Source: Octopus sinensis
Lineage: Eukaryota
Direction: 5' to 3'
Length of the DNA: 42,948 nt
Assembly: GCF_006345805.1 (NCBI RefSeq)
Contig: NW_021835558.1
Span: forward strand, 1-42,948
Program-made: the position numbers and the translations under genes
Notes under the pieces: generated by a model
Database searches by the model: none
Told to the model about the DNA's origin: nothing
What the model saw: only the letters and a program-made list of their open reading frames with translations
Part shown: piece after piece, positions 21,176-35,504 of the stretch
How positions within the stretch are numbered: position 1 is the stretch's first letter
How the letters are laid out: each line of letters opens with the position of its first letter

Positions 21176-21941
21176 CGACTCGTTTCTTCAAAAATTCTTT
21201 ATCGAATTTTCAGATCAGTTTTAATATCGTCAAATGCACTTATCACGCATATTCGTTTTTTCAATTTTTTGAAATTTTATTTATGAGTACATAACAATCA
21301 ACTCAACAATTTTTTTAGGAGCTCTAATATATTCAATGTCAGTGTTGTTATTTTCTATTGTAAGAATATTATTGGAACATCGGTTATCGAATTTTATTCT
21401 ATTTACGTCATTTTATACTTACAGTACGACATCAAAATGGGCAGACACCAGAGGTGGGGCACCCTAAAATCAACATTTTGGCAGGATAAAATGAAAAATC
21501 AATAAAGAAATTTTGAGGAACAATTTATCATGGAGTCAAGAATTAAACGAAATATTGTACATTTCTTACACACTTGCAATACTAGTTCAGACCTTTATGA
21601 GACATTTAAAGGCGATAGAGAAAAATTTGATGATCAAGTTTTTGAAATATTTCAAAAACTTCCGGTTCGATTTCAGGCCCTAATTCGAAAAAATCGCGTT
21701 AGTTAGAACTGCAAAAATTGGATTTACTTCTTTTAAAGCTTCCAATGGGTAGCTCGATAGATTTAACTTATGGCACGAGCTTCAATTAAAGTCAATAGGT
21801 GGAGAAAAGCCCTCAAACGAATTATCTCACGTAAAATATTATTTTAAAAAATTCGACGTGAAAGTGCTAAAATATGGATCTGAAAATTTTTTTAATTGTG
21901 ACGAAACCGCACTTTTTATTAAAAGAAATCCCCAAAAATCA
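21026..21941. other. Non-palindromic central spacer (~916 bp)
   Basis: No mirror copy in the window. ORFs 20746+ and 21919- are the same up to ELDH(S/F)QK and then diverge. Confidence 0.95.
21422..21941 (+). mobile_element. 5' half of a pogo/Tigger (CENP-B-like) DNA transposon, truncated at the right-arm junction
   Basis: TA|CAGT terminus at 21420-21425. One frame reads FKASNG*LDRF...KSIGGE...NFFNCDETALFIKRNPQKS (FxASxGWL and NxDET motifs; TGG>TAG at 21750). Confidence 0.8.
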
Positions 21942-22221
21942 TTTTTTGAAAATGATCCAACTCAGGAATGCCAAGGCCAGATGCAGTCCAAACTTCTAAG
22001 CCAGAAGAAAATTCAGTCAGTTCGAAATGTTCAGGAGAGGAGAAAAAAACAGAATTGAGAAAATTTCTTGATGCCGAGAGCGAAGATATGTAGCAAGGCA
22101 GAGAAATGCTCATGCATGAGCGGATACCAATAACACCGAATCGTAGAGGTAACATTGCACGAATAAGTTTGTCTCCATTAAAGTTAGCATTGAGTTTCTC
22201 GACAGACTTCCTGAATATCAA
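21942..22221 (-). mobile_element. Mirror part of the CRE thumb fragment, cut at the arm boundary
   Basis: ORF 21919..22221 loses CRE similarity after ELDHFQK. Confidence 0.75.
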
Positions 22222-22379
22222 GAACTAAAAAAGTTTTGATCTTTCAAAATATGAAGAATTGAAAACGATAATGAACATCTACATACAAAAAATACTTTGA
22301 AATGACATTATTTTCTCAAGGATCTTTAAATGTCAAGTGGATAAATTATCCTTTGAAAAGGAAAGAGGTCATACATCCA

Positions 22380-22637
22380 GTCGGTTGTGATAAAGAAAAT
22401 GCTCTAAATTATGTTTATTGAATACAGGAACCGAATTTTGGCGAAGAGAATTTGTGTGCGGACAGAGCACGTGAATCCTTCAAAGTGCCAGGAAAATTTC
22501 AAAAAGAGGGTGCGGGAGGCTGATGCTTACAGAAGGTCACTCAAGAAGGGAGAGAAGCCAGAAAAGTCATTCAAAAGACAGCTTGTGGGACCAAGATGGT
22601 CGTAATGGCCTTAATTCCTTACGAATTAATTATCTAA
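22380..22637 (+). pseudogene. RPL21: Mirror copy of the RPL21 partial pseudogene
   Basis: ORF 22411..22605 is identical to 20361..20555. Confidence 0.85.
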
Positions 22638-25519
22638 CTACTCTCATTTGGATTATTCTTTCTTATGATTATTATTTGATTTGTTCGATATATAGAGATG
22701 AGGGCGGGCGTTTAAAAATCAATTTTTAGGAATCTCAAATTGCATTTCACTTATTGTACCTTTTAGCCAATTATGGTCTCAAATTCTGTATTGTGTGATC
22801 TTTCCATGTGTCTTTTTTCATCACCTTTATTGGTATATACAACATGTATTAAATTGTACTTTTGTTCCTGCTTTCTCTTTTGAATTTTCTATGCTTATCT
22901 TCAATTACTTTTACATTCTTAAAAAAGCGCAGGGGTTTTTCTAAATTCTATTTTGTACCAAAATCATCTTTAATATCTTGAATCAGCATTTTTATGTTAA
23001 TAAACTAAGCTGGATCCAATACCGTCGGTGTTGTATCAAAAGACTATCAATTACCAGTCTGCACATACGATTTAATTTCCCTCATCCCTTCCGATGTGAA
23101 CGGTTTTTTAATGAACTGCTAAACAAAGATGTCTTCAAACCTGTTTGAACGTCAACTTCTTTTTTATAAAATCATTTCCCATGTCTTAAACTAGCATTTC
23201 TACCTAAAATAGAGCTAGATTTGGAAAGCCTCGATGGTATGACCACCTTCCTTTATCAAGTCTGGAATGTTTTTTTTAAACGCGAAATGTTCAGATATCA
23301 TTGCGTCTACTTTCCTAAACTTCTCTGCAGTGACTCTAGAATATTCATGTTCAAGAACAGAAAAGAAAAAGATTAAAATATGTTTATTTTCTGTAGTTTT
23401 TCTAGTTTATTTTAAAGTAGTGGTGTCGACTATAGCAAAGAACAAGGGGCATGTAAACGGATGTGTGTGAGGATACTGGCTGTGGCACAAGGAAAACTTA
23501 ATTAAATTTATGATTTTCCGATAGTGCTATATAATAATAAGTGGTGTCGTGGGCACGCATGCACATTCTCTTTTTTTGGTCTTCCTCGTTTTGAGAAACA
23601 ATCTGCTAATTAGACATCACATAAAAACTAATTTGTGGCATGAATATTTTGAGTTTTTTCGCCAAGTTCCTTGTGGTATTTTTCATAAAAATAGAAAAGA
23701 AACTTAATATAATGAAAACATTATCAATTTACAAATAACAAATCCAAAAATCAAATCGGGGTTTAGGCGTCCGTTGGTGTGCGATAAAATCCAAATTCTT
23801 TTCAATTTATATTTGATCGAAATAGATTCGAAAGCGACATTTTTTTTAATTTCCGAATCGAATTCGTAGATTCTTGGCTAGACGGATCTGAACTCCAAAA
23901 GACACCTCGAGTCGAAAGACGAGATAAGATACAAAGTCCCAACTACGGATAAACTTAAGGTTTTTTTCCACGGTAGTGATCTCTTAATCCACCAGAGGAG
24001 AATAGGGTCATCAATATTAATTTTAAATGATAATTTAAGGAAGTAGTTGAAGTTTTTTCGGTTTTGAGATGATTTTCTGGGAGTGAGACATCATCTACAT
24101 AAAGAGCAAGGATTGTCCGTTGTTTGATTGTTTGGTTCCTCATAGAAATGTTAAATAACAAAAGTTAAGAGCTCTGAAGAACTCCCAGAAGAGACTGATT
24201 TTTCTGACTGAAATCAAGATTTAAAGACAAAAGAGTAACAATTTAACAAAACTCAAATAGAAAATGCTTACTGGAAATTGCTAAGAAAGGAAGTATATAG
24301 TTGAGCTAGTCCGAGAAATAAATGCATTTGATATCTAAAAATCGATAGGTCAAATGATTTGTTGATCCTAATTAAGTCAGATTGCCGTTTTAACCATATC
24401 AACTAAATCGTAGTGCTGTCTGTTGATAAATCAATGTCTACAAATATGGCTGTCAAATTCTGGACATAATAGGATCTTAACTCGAATTTGTGCGAATAGT
24501 TTACGGTAAAGCTTAGTAATACAAAGTTAGAAGATGTTTTGCATATGCAACGCCAACCCTTACTTATAATTAGAATCTTTCATAAATAAGACCAGATCAT
24601 TGAAAACTTTGACACTCGAATAAACGCTGACGCTTTTTTTTATAGAAAAAAGTTTACTTCATCTGAGTATTGATATAACCGCTCACTCAGTCTATATGAT
24701 AAGAGAAGTCTTGAATCGAGATGTGTTTTGTCTTTTTCTTTTGGCCATTCCTTTTTATTTGGAACCAAAAAAATTGTCGATGTAGACAAGAGATTGGAAT
24801 AGCCATACTCCAAGTGAACTTGTTTTTGATCCAGGCTCCCTCAACAAGCTTCTGTTTTTTAAATAACGAGATAAAAAACATTAATATAACTGAATGACAC
24901 AGTTTAAAGATATAGAAAATTTAAATATAGACACTGAAGCTGTTATAAAAACCTTTGACACACACCACCAGATGATCAATTATAATGGACCTAGAGCTAA
25001 AAGGGCTGTACGTAATATAATGTTCAACATAAGGAATATTTCTAATCCCAAAACTATTCAGGACCCCGGCTGATAGCCATCCCAATGCGTCAATCTGGAC
25101 GTTACTGGATAACAAATACCTCCGCATCGCAGTTTCTCTGCGCCTTGGATTGATGCCTTGCAGTCAGACGATTGGCACACAATGACTACACCCGCTATCT
25201 TGCTGTCATAGCGCTGGCCATTTCCCCCGCCACTCTGAACTTAATGATATGGTAAGCCATGCCCTACGGGATTCCCTAATGTGTTCAAAGCTTGTTTCTC
25301 TAATGTGTGAAAGGAGACTGATTCTTAATAAAATCAAGAATCCTAATGATAAACGCATCTATGCCGTTCTTAGTTTGTATTGTGGGATTCATTTACATGC
25401 ATACTTTAATTATAAAATGCACTAAATGTATTGTAAAGTTTTTTATTGTAAAGTAATAAAATGAATAAAGAAAGCAAGTAACTATCATCAAAAGAGAATA
25501 AGATGGAATGGCAATTGCC

Positions 25520-26034
25520 ACCCAAAATAGCTATTAATATCCGTTGGAAAAGCCATGTCCATTCTCGCCATTGCAGTGGGTTGCTGTTGGCCTCAAAAGT
25601 TGATTGCAGGCAAGCTACAAAGTTATTGGGATCTGAATTACATCCAATACAACTTAGAGTAGTTATACAACAAGGAGGCTCATTTCCGCCTCACAAAATC
25701 GGCCGGATAACCCGCGTTTTTTAATCAAGCTGGACCTGATTAACGCTTTAAATCTATTATCCGTCGTTCACTTTTTATTGCCCGCCTGGTCGCTTTGGCA
25801 TACAATTGCCCCAGCCTCCTTATCGCTGGCGATCATTCAATCTCGTCCTGCAACGATGTCCAACAAAGCGATTCTCTGGGTCCTCTTCTTTTTGTTCAGG
25901 AAATTGATCCCGTTGCCAGAAGTGTATCCTCCCTTTTCAATGCATGGTATTTGGACGATGCCACTATCGGAGGTACTCTCGAATCCGTTCTTGACGATCT
26001 GAGAATTTTAATCCCAGCATTACATGCATTGTGA
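25520..26034 (+). mobile_element. Mirror copy of the CRE RT fragment
   Basis: ORF 25795..26034 contains GPLLF and WYLDD. Confidence 0.8.
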
Positions 26035-26039
26035 AGTTG

Positions 26040-26622
26040 TTTTAAATAATATTGTTTGTGCGGCCCGATTAAAATTATAAAAATATATTAAATATTTTTT
26101 GTTTTTATATTAAATATTTTGTACATTAATGTTTAAATAATATTGTTTGTGATGTCTGATAAACGTGTTAAACGAAGTAGAAAAATTATTCATAAAAATC
26201 GTGCATTTAACTCCGAATGGGAGGAAAATTTTTTCGTTTTTGAAGAAAATGGTAACGCACATTGCCTAATTTGTCATTCGAATTCCACAGTGGAAATATC
26301 CGAACTTGGTCGATAATGCTCAAAAAAATGCATCAGTCTTCGGATCAACGTATACATGTGAAGCTCTTTTCAGCAAACTTGCGCAAATAAAAACAAAGTA
26401 TCGAAATCGATTGACTGATGGACTTTTACGTACATCGTGTTCGACTTTTACTCCCTGTTTCGACAAAATAATAGACGCCAAACAGAATCAAGTCTCGCAT
26501 TGATTTTTATTACTTAATAAAGCCTTCTTTTCATTAATAACATAAAATATTTTTTGTGCGGCCCGCAAAGATATTCTTAATTATCGATTTGGCCCATGAG
26601 CTAAAAAGGTTGAGAACCCCTG
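26040..26622 (+). mobile_element. Mirror copy of the internally deleted hAT element
   Basis: ORF 26306..26503; TIR GGTTGAGAACCCCTG at 26608-26622. Confidence 0.85.
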
Positions 26623-26814
26623 TTTTAAATACTACAAAAAGTATCAAAATATTATAAAATGATTGGATGAAACAAATTCCCATTAAATCAAAAATAAATA
26701 TCCATTGGCTTGGATCACGATATATATAGACATAACAAATCAAATTCATGTAAAATATAGAAAAAGCAAAACAATATAGAAAAAATATCGAGGATAGCGG
26801 AAAAAAATATCAAT

Positions 26815-26940
26815 TAGATGTCCGCTTCATCAATTTTCGACGGTGAGGTAGTGACTTAGGGTTCGATTCCGGAGGGGGAACATGAGAAATGGCTACCAGA
26901 TCTATGGATTGCAGCAGGTGCATAAATTATCCACTTTTGG
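26815..26940 (+). rRNA. Mirror copy of the degenerate 18S rRNA fragment
   Basis: Reverse complement of 16007-16133. Confidence 0.88.
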
Positions 26941-29900
26941 CATAAAGAGAGAGTGATTAGATAAAAACAGGTGCCTTTTTTGGTCATTAGATAAAAACAA
27001 AGATCTCAAAATTGGGGCAGAGAGATGATATTAGAATAAATTGCCCCTTCCCAAAAGTTTACGAACAAGGAGGTAGAAATATACAAAGAATATACAAACA
27101 AACACCAAAAAGATATATAGATATCAGACATAACAAATCAAATTCAGGTAAAATATAGAAAAGGAAAAATGAGAAAGAAATAAATAAGAAAATTAAAACA
27201 GGTATAAATAGAACTGTTTTACATAAATTATGAATTGTATAAATGGAATATCAATAAAGATTAAAACATGAATGTATGAATACACAATTAACTTATATAA
27301 TCCGTAGTTACTAGGGATTTTAAAAGTCATAAATTCATTTAATCTCTATTAAAATAAGTAAAAACACTATAAAGGATATATACAACCAAACACCAACAAA
27401 TAATCACGTGTAAAAAATATTTATTAAAAAATTATTAATTGAGATAAACAGAAAAAAATAAAACAATAATTTAATCACAAAATTATAATTGATAGTACCT
27501 AATAGAAAACCCCTTACATGAAATATACGGCATTTAATCAATTTTTTTGATGGCGAGTACAAGTGTCAGGAACTGTCTTCTCAAGGCCTATGGAATAAAC
27601 AACTCCGGTTATAATTGACAATCCCCCATGACATTTACGACTGGAAGAATGCATCGAATTCTTTGATTGGTGCCATATACGCCTTCTCCACTGCTAAAAA
27701 CCCAATTGAAAATTCATGGTCAATTTTAAAGACAGGAGTGATAAAGATTTATCAAATCATCTTCCATCCATTTTAAAAAATTGTCAAACGGACTTAACCC
27801 AAAAGAGTATCGCTTACGGTGTTTTGAGAGAATTATTGAAGAAAACACTGTTCAAAAATGTATTGACTTATAGCGAAAAACTCAGCGCAAACTTCCAGGT
27901 GCAATTCACATGAAAAACGTCCAATTTTAAAAATAACGCTCATTTTTCCTTTTATATGTTGTCGTTAAATTGTAAATTATAAAATTTTTTTTTTTTTGTT
28001 ATTAAAATTTTTTTTTTTTTGACAACAAGTTAATTAATTAAAAGCTTCATGGGCGGGAAGCCGACGCGATCGAGAAATTGAACTTGCGAATTTTAAAATT
28101 AAAGTTGCCAATTATAAAATTGATCTTGCAGATTATAAATTTGAAGTTTCCAATTATAAAATTAAACTTGCGAATTATAAAATTGAAGTTGTTTTGGTAT
28201 AAAATAATGGACACAATCGTATTTTCGAAGGAAAGGCAGTGCATGCCACATCACTCGCCTTACAATACTAATCTAATAATCACACCAAAATGTGTTGTCT
28301 GCACTCGCAGAAATCCTTATACCCAACGTTGACCACGTTGTCCACCACAAAACTAGATTTCTCATAACACTAACCAAATACAGCGAGTGACTCAACAAAA
28401 TAATCAAATTGCTGTACTTCCCATCCGAGAATATCTTCTCCACTGCTAAAAACTACAAACTTGCATAATAAAGTTATTTTAATGTGGCCTTGCAACGGGC
28501 TGTGAGTATACTGACAGCACAGATCAAGGCAAGAGTGAATAACACAGCAAAACAAGAAAAAACGTGCTACTTTTAAATGTTTATTAAAAAAATCAAATAA
28601 TTATATATAACAAAGTAATATCAAATTAGTCAAAATCGTGATATGTCCTAACTTTGTGAGTTGATAAAAATTAGCGTTAAAAAGTTGTAGTTTGGAAAAA
28701 ATTTAATGTTTATCTAATTTATCAATCATTTAAATCGTTTATTGAAAATAAAAGATTATTAAAATTATCGTGAAAAATGGATTTTTTGAGATCAAATTTG
28801 AGGAAATGTTGTCGAAAGGTGGGAATGTTTTGTGACTGTTTTGATTTTTGGTGATTCTGAGAGACCGGCCAATTCATCTCGAGATTAGATTGGTGATTAA
28901 TGCCAAGTTGCTGGTCAGGGGACTGAACCGTGCAAGACAGACTGTGATGGAAAGACTAAAAAATAATTAATTTTAAAATCTTTTTTGTTAAAATACATTA
29001 ATCTTTAATGATTGAAATAAGATGATTTGTTCAAGGGTAAATTAAAATTTTTCAAAGTAAAATGTAACCGGTTGCCCATACGTATCGAGCTGCCCATGTC
29101 ACATATTATTTTATTGAAAAATTTGCTGACAATACTCTTATAATACTTGTTTATTATGGAGTTAGTTTGGATCAAAAGACGCGTTTTCATGCTTTTTGAA
29201 ATTAATTATTCAATATTTACAATTTATATTGACGAAAAAAAGCAAAATATTTTTCTCAAATTTTTGTTAGTTTATAAATTTGTGACAGTGAAAATCAAAA
29301 AATATACATCAAACTGTTTTATGGAATTAAAAATGAGTTTTTTTGTGTTTAATTGTCAAAGTCAATGTTTTTAAGATTTTCGTGATTTTTATCTGAATTA
29401 TTCGGAATAAATATTCTTTTGATAAAATTGTTTTCTTAAAATAAATTTTTGTGTTTACTTGTTCTAATTTAACTGAAAATAGTTTATTTCATATTTATAG
29501 TTAGCTTTATGCAATAATTAGTCAACACATTACATAACCACTTTAAATTCTGAATGTTTAGATGTATAAAACTACGAATAAAAATATGAATTGAAAATAA
29601 AACTTTATTTCCATAAAAAAATTAATTGTTTTTAATTTCTCTAAAAAACGACTTTTCCTGTTTCAATTGTATTAGCTTTCATTGAATAGTTAACGGTGGT
29701 CTTTGGAATAAATTTTGATTTGATTGATTTGACAAATAAAAAATTTATTAAGTCATATTAAGGGCATATATTTTTTCGTTTAAGGTCATATAAGTCATAT
29801 TTTATCGGTCATATTTGAAATTTTTAGGTCATATTTGCGGTTGCCCTAGTCATTAGATAAAAACAAAGATCTCAAAATTGGGGCAGAGATGATATTAAAA

Positions 29901-31279
29901 AGAAATTGCCCCTTGCCAAAAGTTTGCGAACAAGAAGGTAGAAATATACAAAGAAATATACAAACAAACACCAAAAAATATATAGATATCAGACATTACA
30001 AATCAAATGCAGGTAAAATATAAAAAAAGGAAAAATGAGAAAGAAATAAATAAGAAAATTAAAACAGGTATAAATAGAACTGTTTTACTTAAATTATAAA
30101 TTATACAAATGGAATATCAATAAAGATTAAAACATGAATGTATGAATACACAATTAACTTATATAATTCCTAGTTACTAGGGATTTTAAAAATCATAAAT
30201 TCATTTAATCTCTATTAAAATAAGTAAAAACACTATAAAAGATATATACAACCAAACACCAACAAATAATCACGTGTAAAAAAATATTTATTAAAAAATT
30301 TTTAATTGGGATAAACAGAAAAAAATAAAACAATAATTTAATCACAAATTAAAAATAGATAGTCCCGAATAGGAAATCCCTCACATAAAATATGCCGCAT
30401 TTAATCAAATTATTTGACGCCGAGTACAAGTGTCAGGAATTATCTTCGCAAGGCCTATGAAATAAAGAACTCCGGTTATAATTGACAATCCGCCGTGCCA
30501 TTTACGACTAAAAAAAATCCTTTGTGGAAAATGCATCGAATTCTTCGATTGGCGCCCTATACGCCTATAATCACCCAATTGAAAATGCTTGGGCAATTTT
30601 AAAGACAGGAGTGATAAAGATTTATTAAATCATCTTCCATCCATCTTAAAAAATAATCAAACGGACTTAACCCAAAAAGAGTATCGCTTACGGTGTCTTG
30701 AGGAGATTATTGAAGAAAAAACTGTTCAAAAATGTGTTAACTTTATAGCGCAAATTCAGCACAAACTTGCAGTTGCAATTCACATGAAAAACGTCCAATT
30801 TTAAAAATAACACTCATTTTTCCTTTTTCTCTAATTTTATACGTTGTCGTTAAATTGTAAATTATAAAATTGAACTTGCGAATTTTAAAATTAAAATTGC
30901 TAACTATAAAATTGAACTTGCGTATTATAAAATTGAAGTTGCTAATTATAAAATTGAGCTTGCAAATTATTAAATTAAAGTTGTTTTGATATAGAATAAA
31001 AAACACAATCCTACTTTTGAAAGAAAGGCAGTACTTGCACATGCCACATCACTCTCACAGTACTTGCACATGCCACAACAAAACAACTCTTCCCTACAAT
31101 ACTAACCTAATAATCACACCAAAATAAGTTGTCTGCACTCGCGAAATATCCTTATACTCAACGTTGGCTACCACAAAACCAGATCTTTCATAACACCAGA
31201 CCAAATACAGCGAGCGACTCAACAAAATCATCAAATTGCTGTACTTCCCATCCGAGAATATCTGCTCCGCTGCTAAAAA

Positions 31280-32183
31280 CCTACAAACTCAGAGATCTGA
31301 ATGACTTCTCATGCCCTGACATCGAACACATTAATGCATTTATTTCATTTTCGTCTGGTCTTTTTTTAATTCCCATAAAACTTCGAAAAGGAATATTCTT
31401 GGTCGTGTCATGTTTTGTTCGATTGTAATCATATACGATCCTCTTTATAATGTTGAAGTAAACTCCAAAACTTCCAGCTGAACCACTTGTTAAGGATATC
31501 CACCGTTTAATTGATTGGTTGAACCTTTTTATTATAGCTTTAAAATAAACCTTTCAACTTGTCCTTGTACCCAAGGTGCTCTAGGTCTTCCACAGATATG
31601 CTTTATTTTAAAAAATTCACACAGCTTATCCATTTCAGAATTTCGAAACTCCCATCCGTTATCAGTTTTGAGAATAACGGGTTCTCCAATAACGTAGAAT
31701 ATATTCTCAAGTAGAGATGAAATTTCCAATGCACTTTTATTCTTTGCTAGTTCTATAACAGCATACTTAGTGAATGAGTCAACGACCACTAGAACCTTCA
31801 TATAATAATTATTGAAGTTTACGCACGAGTTTGATGGATTTGTTAATGAATATCTTCTGAGATCTATAAGATCTGCAATATAGGATCTCTGGCAATGATT
31901 GGAGTGATAGGTGGCTTGGTTGCCATCAATTTTTTTGACTAGCTAATAAATAGCCAATACTTGGCAATAAATACATTTGTTTAAAACAAAGAGGATACCC
32001 TCTCTCGTTATGTTGTAGAATCTATTCCTCCACATACTACTAAGTCTATCTCGGCCAAAATTGTTTCTATTATGCTCAGATTTCAATAAAGCAGGTACAC
32101 TACCTCAATTATCTTTAATTTTAGTTCCTTATCTTCAATGGCCAGTCCATTAATATGCCGGGTCCATTAATGTGCCGGTCACA
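31280..32183 (-). mobile_element. Mirror copy of the Ginger2-like integrase; catalytic exon in frame but 10-bp deletion in the preceding exon
   Basis: ORF 31532..31801 is continuous from VVDSFTKY through TDNG to QVER; gccagagatcctatattgcagat versus left gccagaggtcctagagaccgttatatcgcagat. Confidence 0.85.
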
Positions 32184-32337
32184 TTTAATTATCAAATAAA
32201 CTAAGTTCAAAATTTTATCAAAAATATAATCAGTTAAATCTAAACATCAATTAAACAATTTTGACAATTAAAAAAAGTAAAAAAGTAATAATTCTCGTTT
32301 TATTTTTTTAATTTTGTTTTGTGTTTTACTTCTAGTT

Positions 32338-32729
32338 CATTTATAGATTTTTTATATACAATTTATTTCTTAAAAGAAAACAGAGAGAAAAGAGAGTTAA
32401 CAAGAGGACTCGTAGATGGAGAAACATTTTCCACGTACAATGGCAAGGGAAATCCTCTGAAGGAGGCATCCAAACTCACGCGTGTCGTTTTTCTTGCGAG
32501 AAATCAGACGACCCAGCTTTTTGAGGAAAATGAGTGACCTGTCACTGATTACGCCAGAGGTCTCCACGGCGATCGGGGTAAACAGATAGCGTTCCGAGAG
32601 ATTAATGTACTTTGAAATCTTTTCTTCTCTTCTGCTCTGCAAAAAGCAGGGCCAACTGCGACAGCTGAGGGAGGAAGATTTTGTTCGGAAAAGTATCTGA
32701 GCAAGTTGCATCCCATTTATAGATTTTTT
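32338..32729 (-). mobile_element. Mirror copy of the TSD-flanked CRE insertion (frameshifted)
   Basis: Same TSD; small indels shift the frame (ORF 32397..32759). Confidence 0.85.
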
Positions 32730-33806
32730 TTCATTACAATTTCCTCTGTATTTCTGCAAAGTTTTTGTGTCTGGTCTTGTTCTTAGTATTCAATTACTGA
32801 TGATCTGCTGTTTAATTTAGTAATACATATGAGTGGTTAATGACAAATTTTGGCAACTTTTTTGATTACAATCATCTTGTCATAGATAAAAGACTTGTAA
32901 ATAATTTTCGCTTATGTGTTCTACAAACTTAAACAACTTTTTTTGATTCACTTCATATGGTAAGAGATTCTGTCATTTTTTCAAAAGTAGATAGAAAGGA
33001 TAATGCTTAGAAAATTTTATTTTTTGTTTTATTTGATGCAAATATATTAGATACCCTCTCCATTAATATAAACCACCTTAATTTTTGTTCCTAGCTGAAT
33101 TCAAACAGAATCACATTATTAAATGTTATTTATTTAATTTTTAAAAGTTTTAAATTTATCGAATTAATTACAATAAATTATTACGTGTCACGCATGTTAT
33201 TTTCTTTTCTTGTGTTGTGCTTTTTGTTGTTAATTTTTATTTCTAATTTCAATCTTTTTTATATTAATGTTTTATTTTTATTCTATTTTTTAAATTGTTT
33301 GAAGATTAATTAAATTTGATTACTGGTAAAATATCATGGATAAATTTTATTTTGCAAGTTAATTTGAATTCATTTCATCGTTTATTTAATCTTCATCCAA
33401 TGCATTTATTTAATCTTAACACAACATATAACTCTCGAAAGTTAATCAAAAACTACTTCCGAAGTTATCCACGACCTGACAGTGTTTCTCCTGGTATCTG
33501 AGTCACCACAGCAAGTTACAAACTCGTCGCCCTTAATTTAAATTCTTCTCAATTTAAAATCTCCAATTCACAAAGTCCGGCTCTGAAATTCACGTCGCAC
33601 TTTGTACTAAAAATAAAAATACAACAAAAAACCAAATATCAACAAAATGCTGCAAAACCTCATCTCCTGACTGAACTACAAGAATTTTTGAAAAATCCTT
33701 GTTTTCTTTGAAATAAAAGTTGAATTCAATATAAGAACAAAAGCCAATAAACGGATGACTGCAATTGGCCAGTTCCACCTAAAATGGACTCGAATGATTA
33801 CCAGGG

Positions 33807-33936
33807 TCACTCCAATGTCCTGCGGAAAAAAGACTAAATAAATGCAAGGAAACGTTAATCTACAAAGTACCTTGCAACCTTCACATGTTGCGACTCCGTA
33901 ATGAACTCCAGATGAACGGTCACCACAAATTTTACA
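33807..33936 (-). pseudogene. Mirror copy of the truncated nuclear-receptor zinc finger
   Basis: Reverse complement of 8996-9125 with the same stop. Confidence 0.8.
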
Positions 33937-34120
33937 TAAAATTGCATTAAAATTTCGCCGGTTACAAACAACTTATTATAGCACAAATAACGTTAATAAT
34001 TTTGGGTATTTTGACGTTGTTGTTGCACGTTGTTGTGGTGCACTTTTTTTCATTTTTTGTTATTTAATTATCTTTTTTTTTCTAAAATATAAAATATATT
34101 TCAAATCAAAAGAGAAATAG

Positions 34121-34819
34121 TCATTGGCAGATAGCCAGAGTATTGCCTCTTACTATTGCTATAGATATTCTTTCGATTAAATACCGGTGCTCACACGGGT
34201 CGCCGGTAACCCTTTCGATTAATGAGGCAATGCGCTGGAGTAGGGTCCGAGTAGAAGGCCCCTGTATTCCTGACGTCTTAACAGCCAGGGGGACAAACAC
34301 TCTCCCATTCCCAATTCCAGCGTATTTCTCAGCTTTTCTCTTCTCTGCCCGTTCAGACGGGGCTTCTGCATTCTCGATGCATAATTTGATGTTCTGATTG
34401 GAAAAGGAGTTCACACACGTGACGTCCCAAACCAGACACTTTCCCCTCTGAAATGGAAATGTGGTCATCCCATCGGGTCTTCTGCCGTCTTCTACGAAAA
34501 TCCCTGCAGGTTCCAATTGTGTGTGGAATCCAGCAGTTCGAAGAGATCGACAGATGATCTGGTTCAGTTCGGAATGCCGTGAGGACCGTCCAATTCCGTT
34601 TCGACATGAGAGGGAGTGATATCCTAACTCGTCAGTCCACATGCCGCACCGGCATTGGTGTTTTTCATAGACACGTAGACCGAGGCGCAGACAAACTCCA
34701 ATTCTTACGGCTTCATCATTAAGAAGGCAGCCAGTTGTATTACAAGGGTAACAGTTTAGCCACGCGCCGCGTAGGGGCTGGCTGCCCGCTTGTAAACAAG
34801 CCAACCTTCTCTGGTCCAT
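34121..34819 (-). mobile_element. Mirror copy of the CRE C-terminal RLE fragment (E>K and G>E differences)
   Basis: ORF track reads VKTSG/IERVT here versus VETSG/IGRVT on the left. Confidence 0.88.
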
Positions 34820-34963
34820 GGTTTCCTTTATGCATGTTGTTGTATCTAATATTAATCTGTTGTTGTATCTAATATTCTGATTTCTCTAATTCTTTCCTAT
34901 CCGTATAATCTTTCTTTGTCTATTTCTTTCTATCCATTATTCGTTCTGTTATAATCTTTTCAT

Positions 34964-35504
34964 ATGGTGGTCTCTCATTCAACTCTTAATCCTGTTTCCC
35001 CCTGCTCAATCTGCAACATGGTCAACAAAAGAAAGAAGGCCGTCCTCTCTGCTCATCGTGTTATCGGTTCTTTCATCTTTCTTGTGTCTCCCTTTCCCAC
35101 CGCACTTCGGAACGTATCCCATCTTGGGTCTGTCCCGCTTGTCTTTCCGGCACCCCATTACTTTCATCCACCCCATCCGCCACCGCCACTCTCGGCACTC
35201 GCTGCTCCGCTGATTCCTTCCCTTTCTCTGACCCTGTATTCGGGACCCATTCTGTCCCTTACGTTCTCAAATCCATCAAACTCCTCCGCCGCCTCCGACA
35301 AATCCCGCACAGTATCCCAGCTGCTTCCTCTTTGTCCACCGCAATTGACGACCCTCTGGCCTCCGACAGGGAATCACTGGCTTAAGTTGTTCTGCTTGTC
35401 TCTTTCGGCCTCGGCTTTCTCCCATCCGTTAACAGAACCTCCCCCTCGCTTGCTACGACCGTCAAACATGAACTGTCCTCGTTTGGTTAAGATTGTCTTG
35501 GTTA
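34964..35504 (+). mobile_element. Mirror copy of the PHD-containing CRE-like N-terminal fragment
   Basis: Reverse complement of 7430-7970 with the same frameshift near 35050. Confidence 0.65.
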
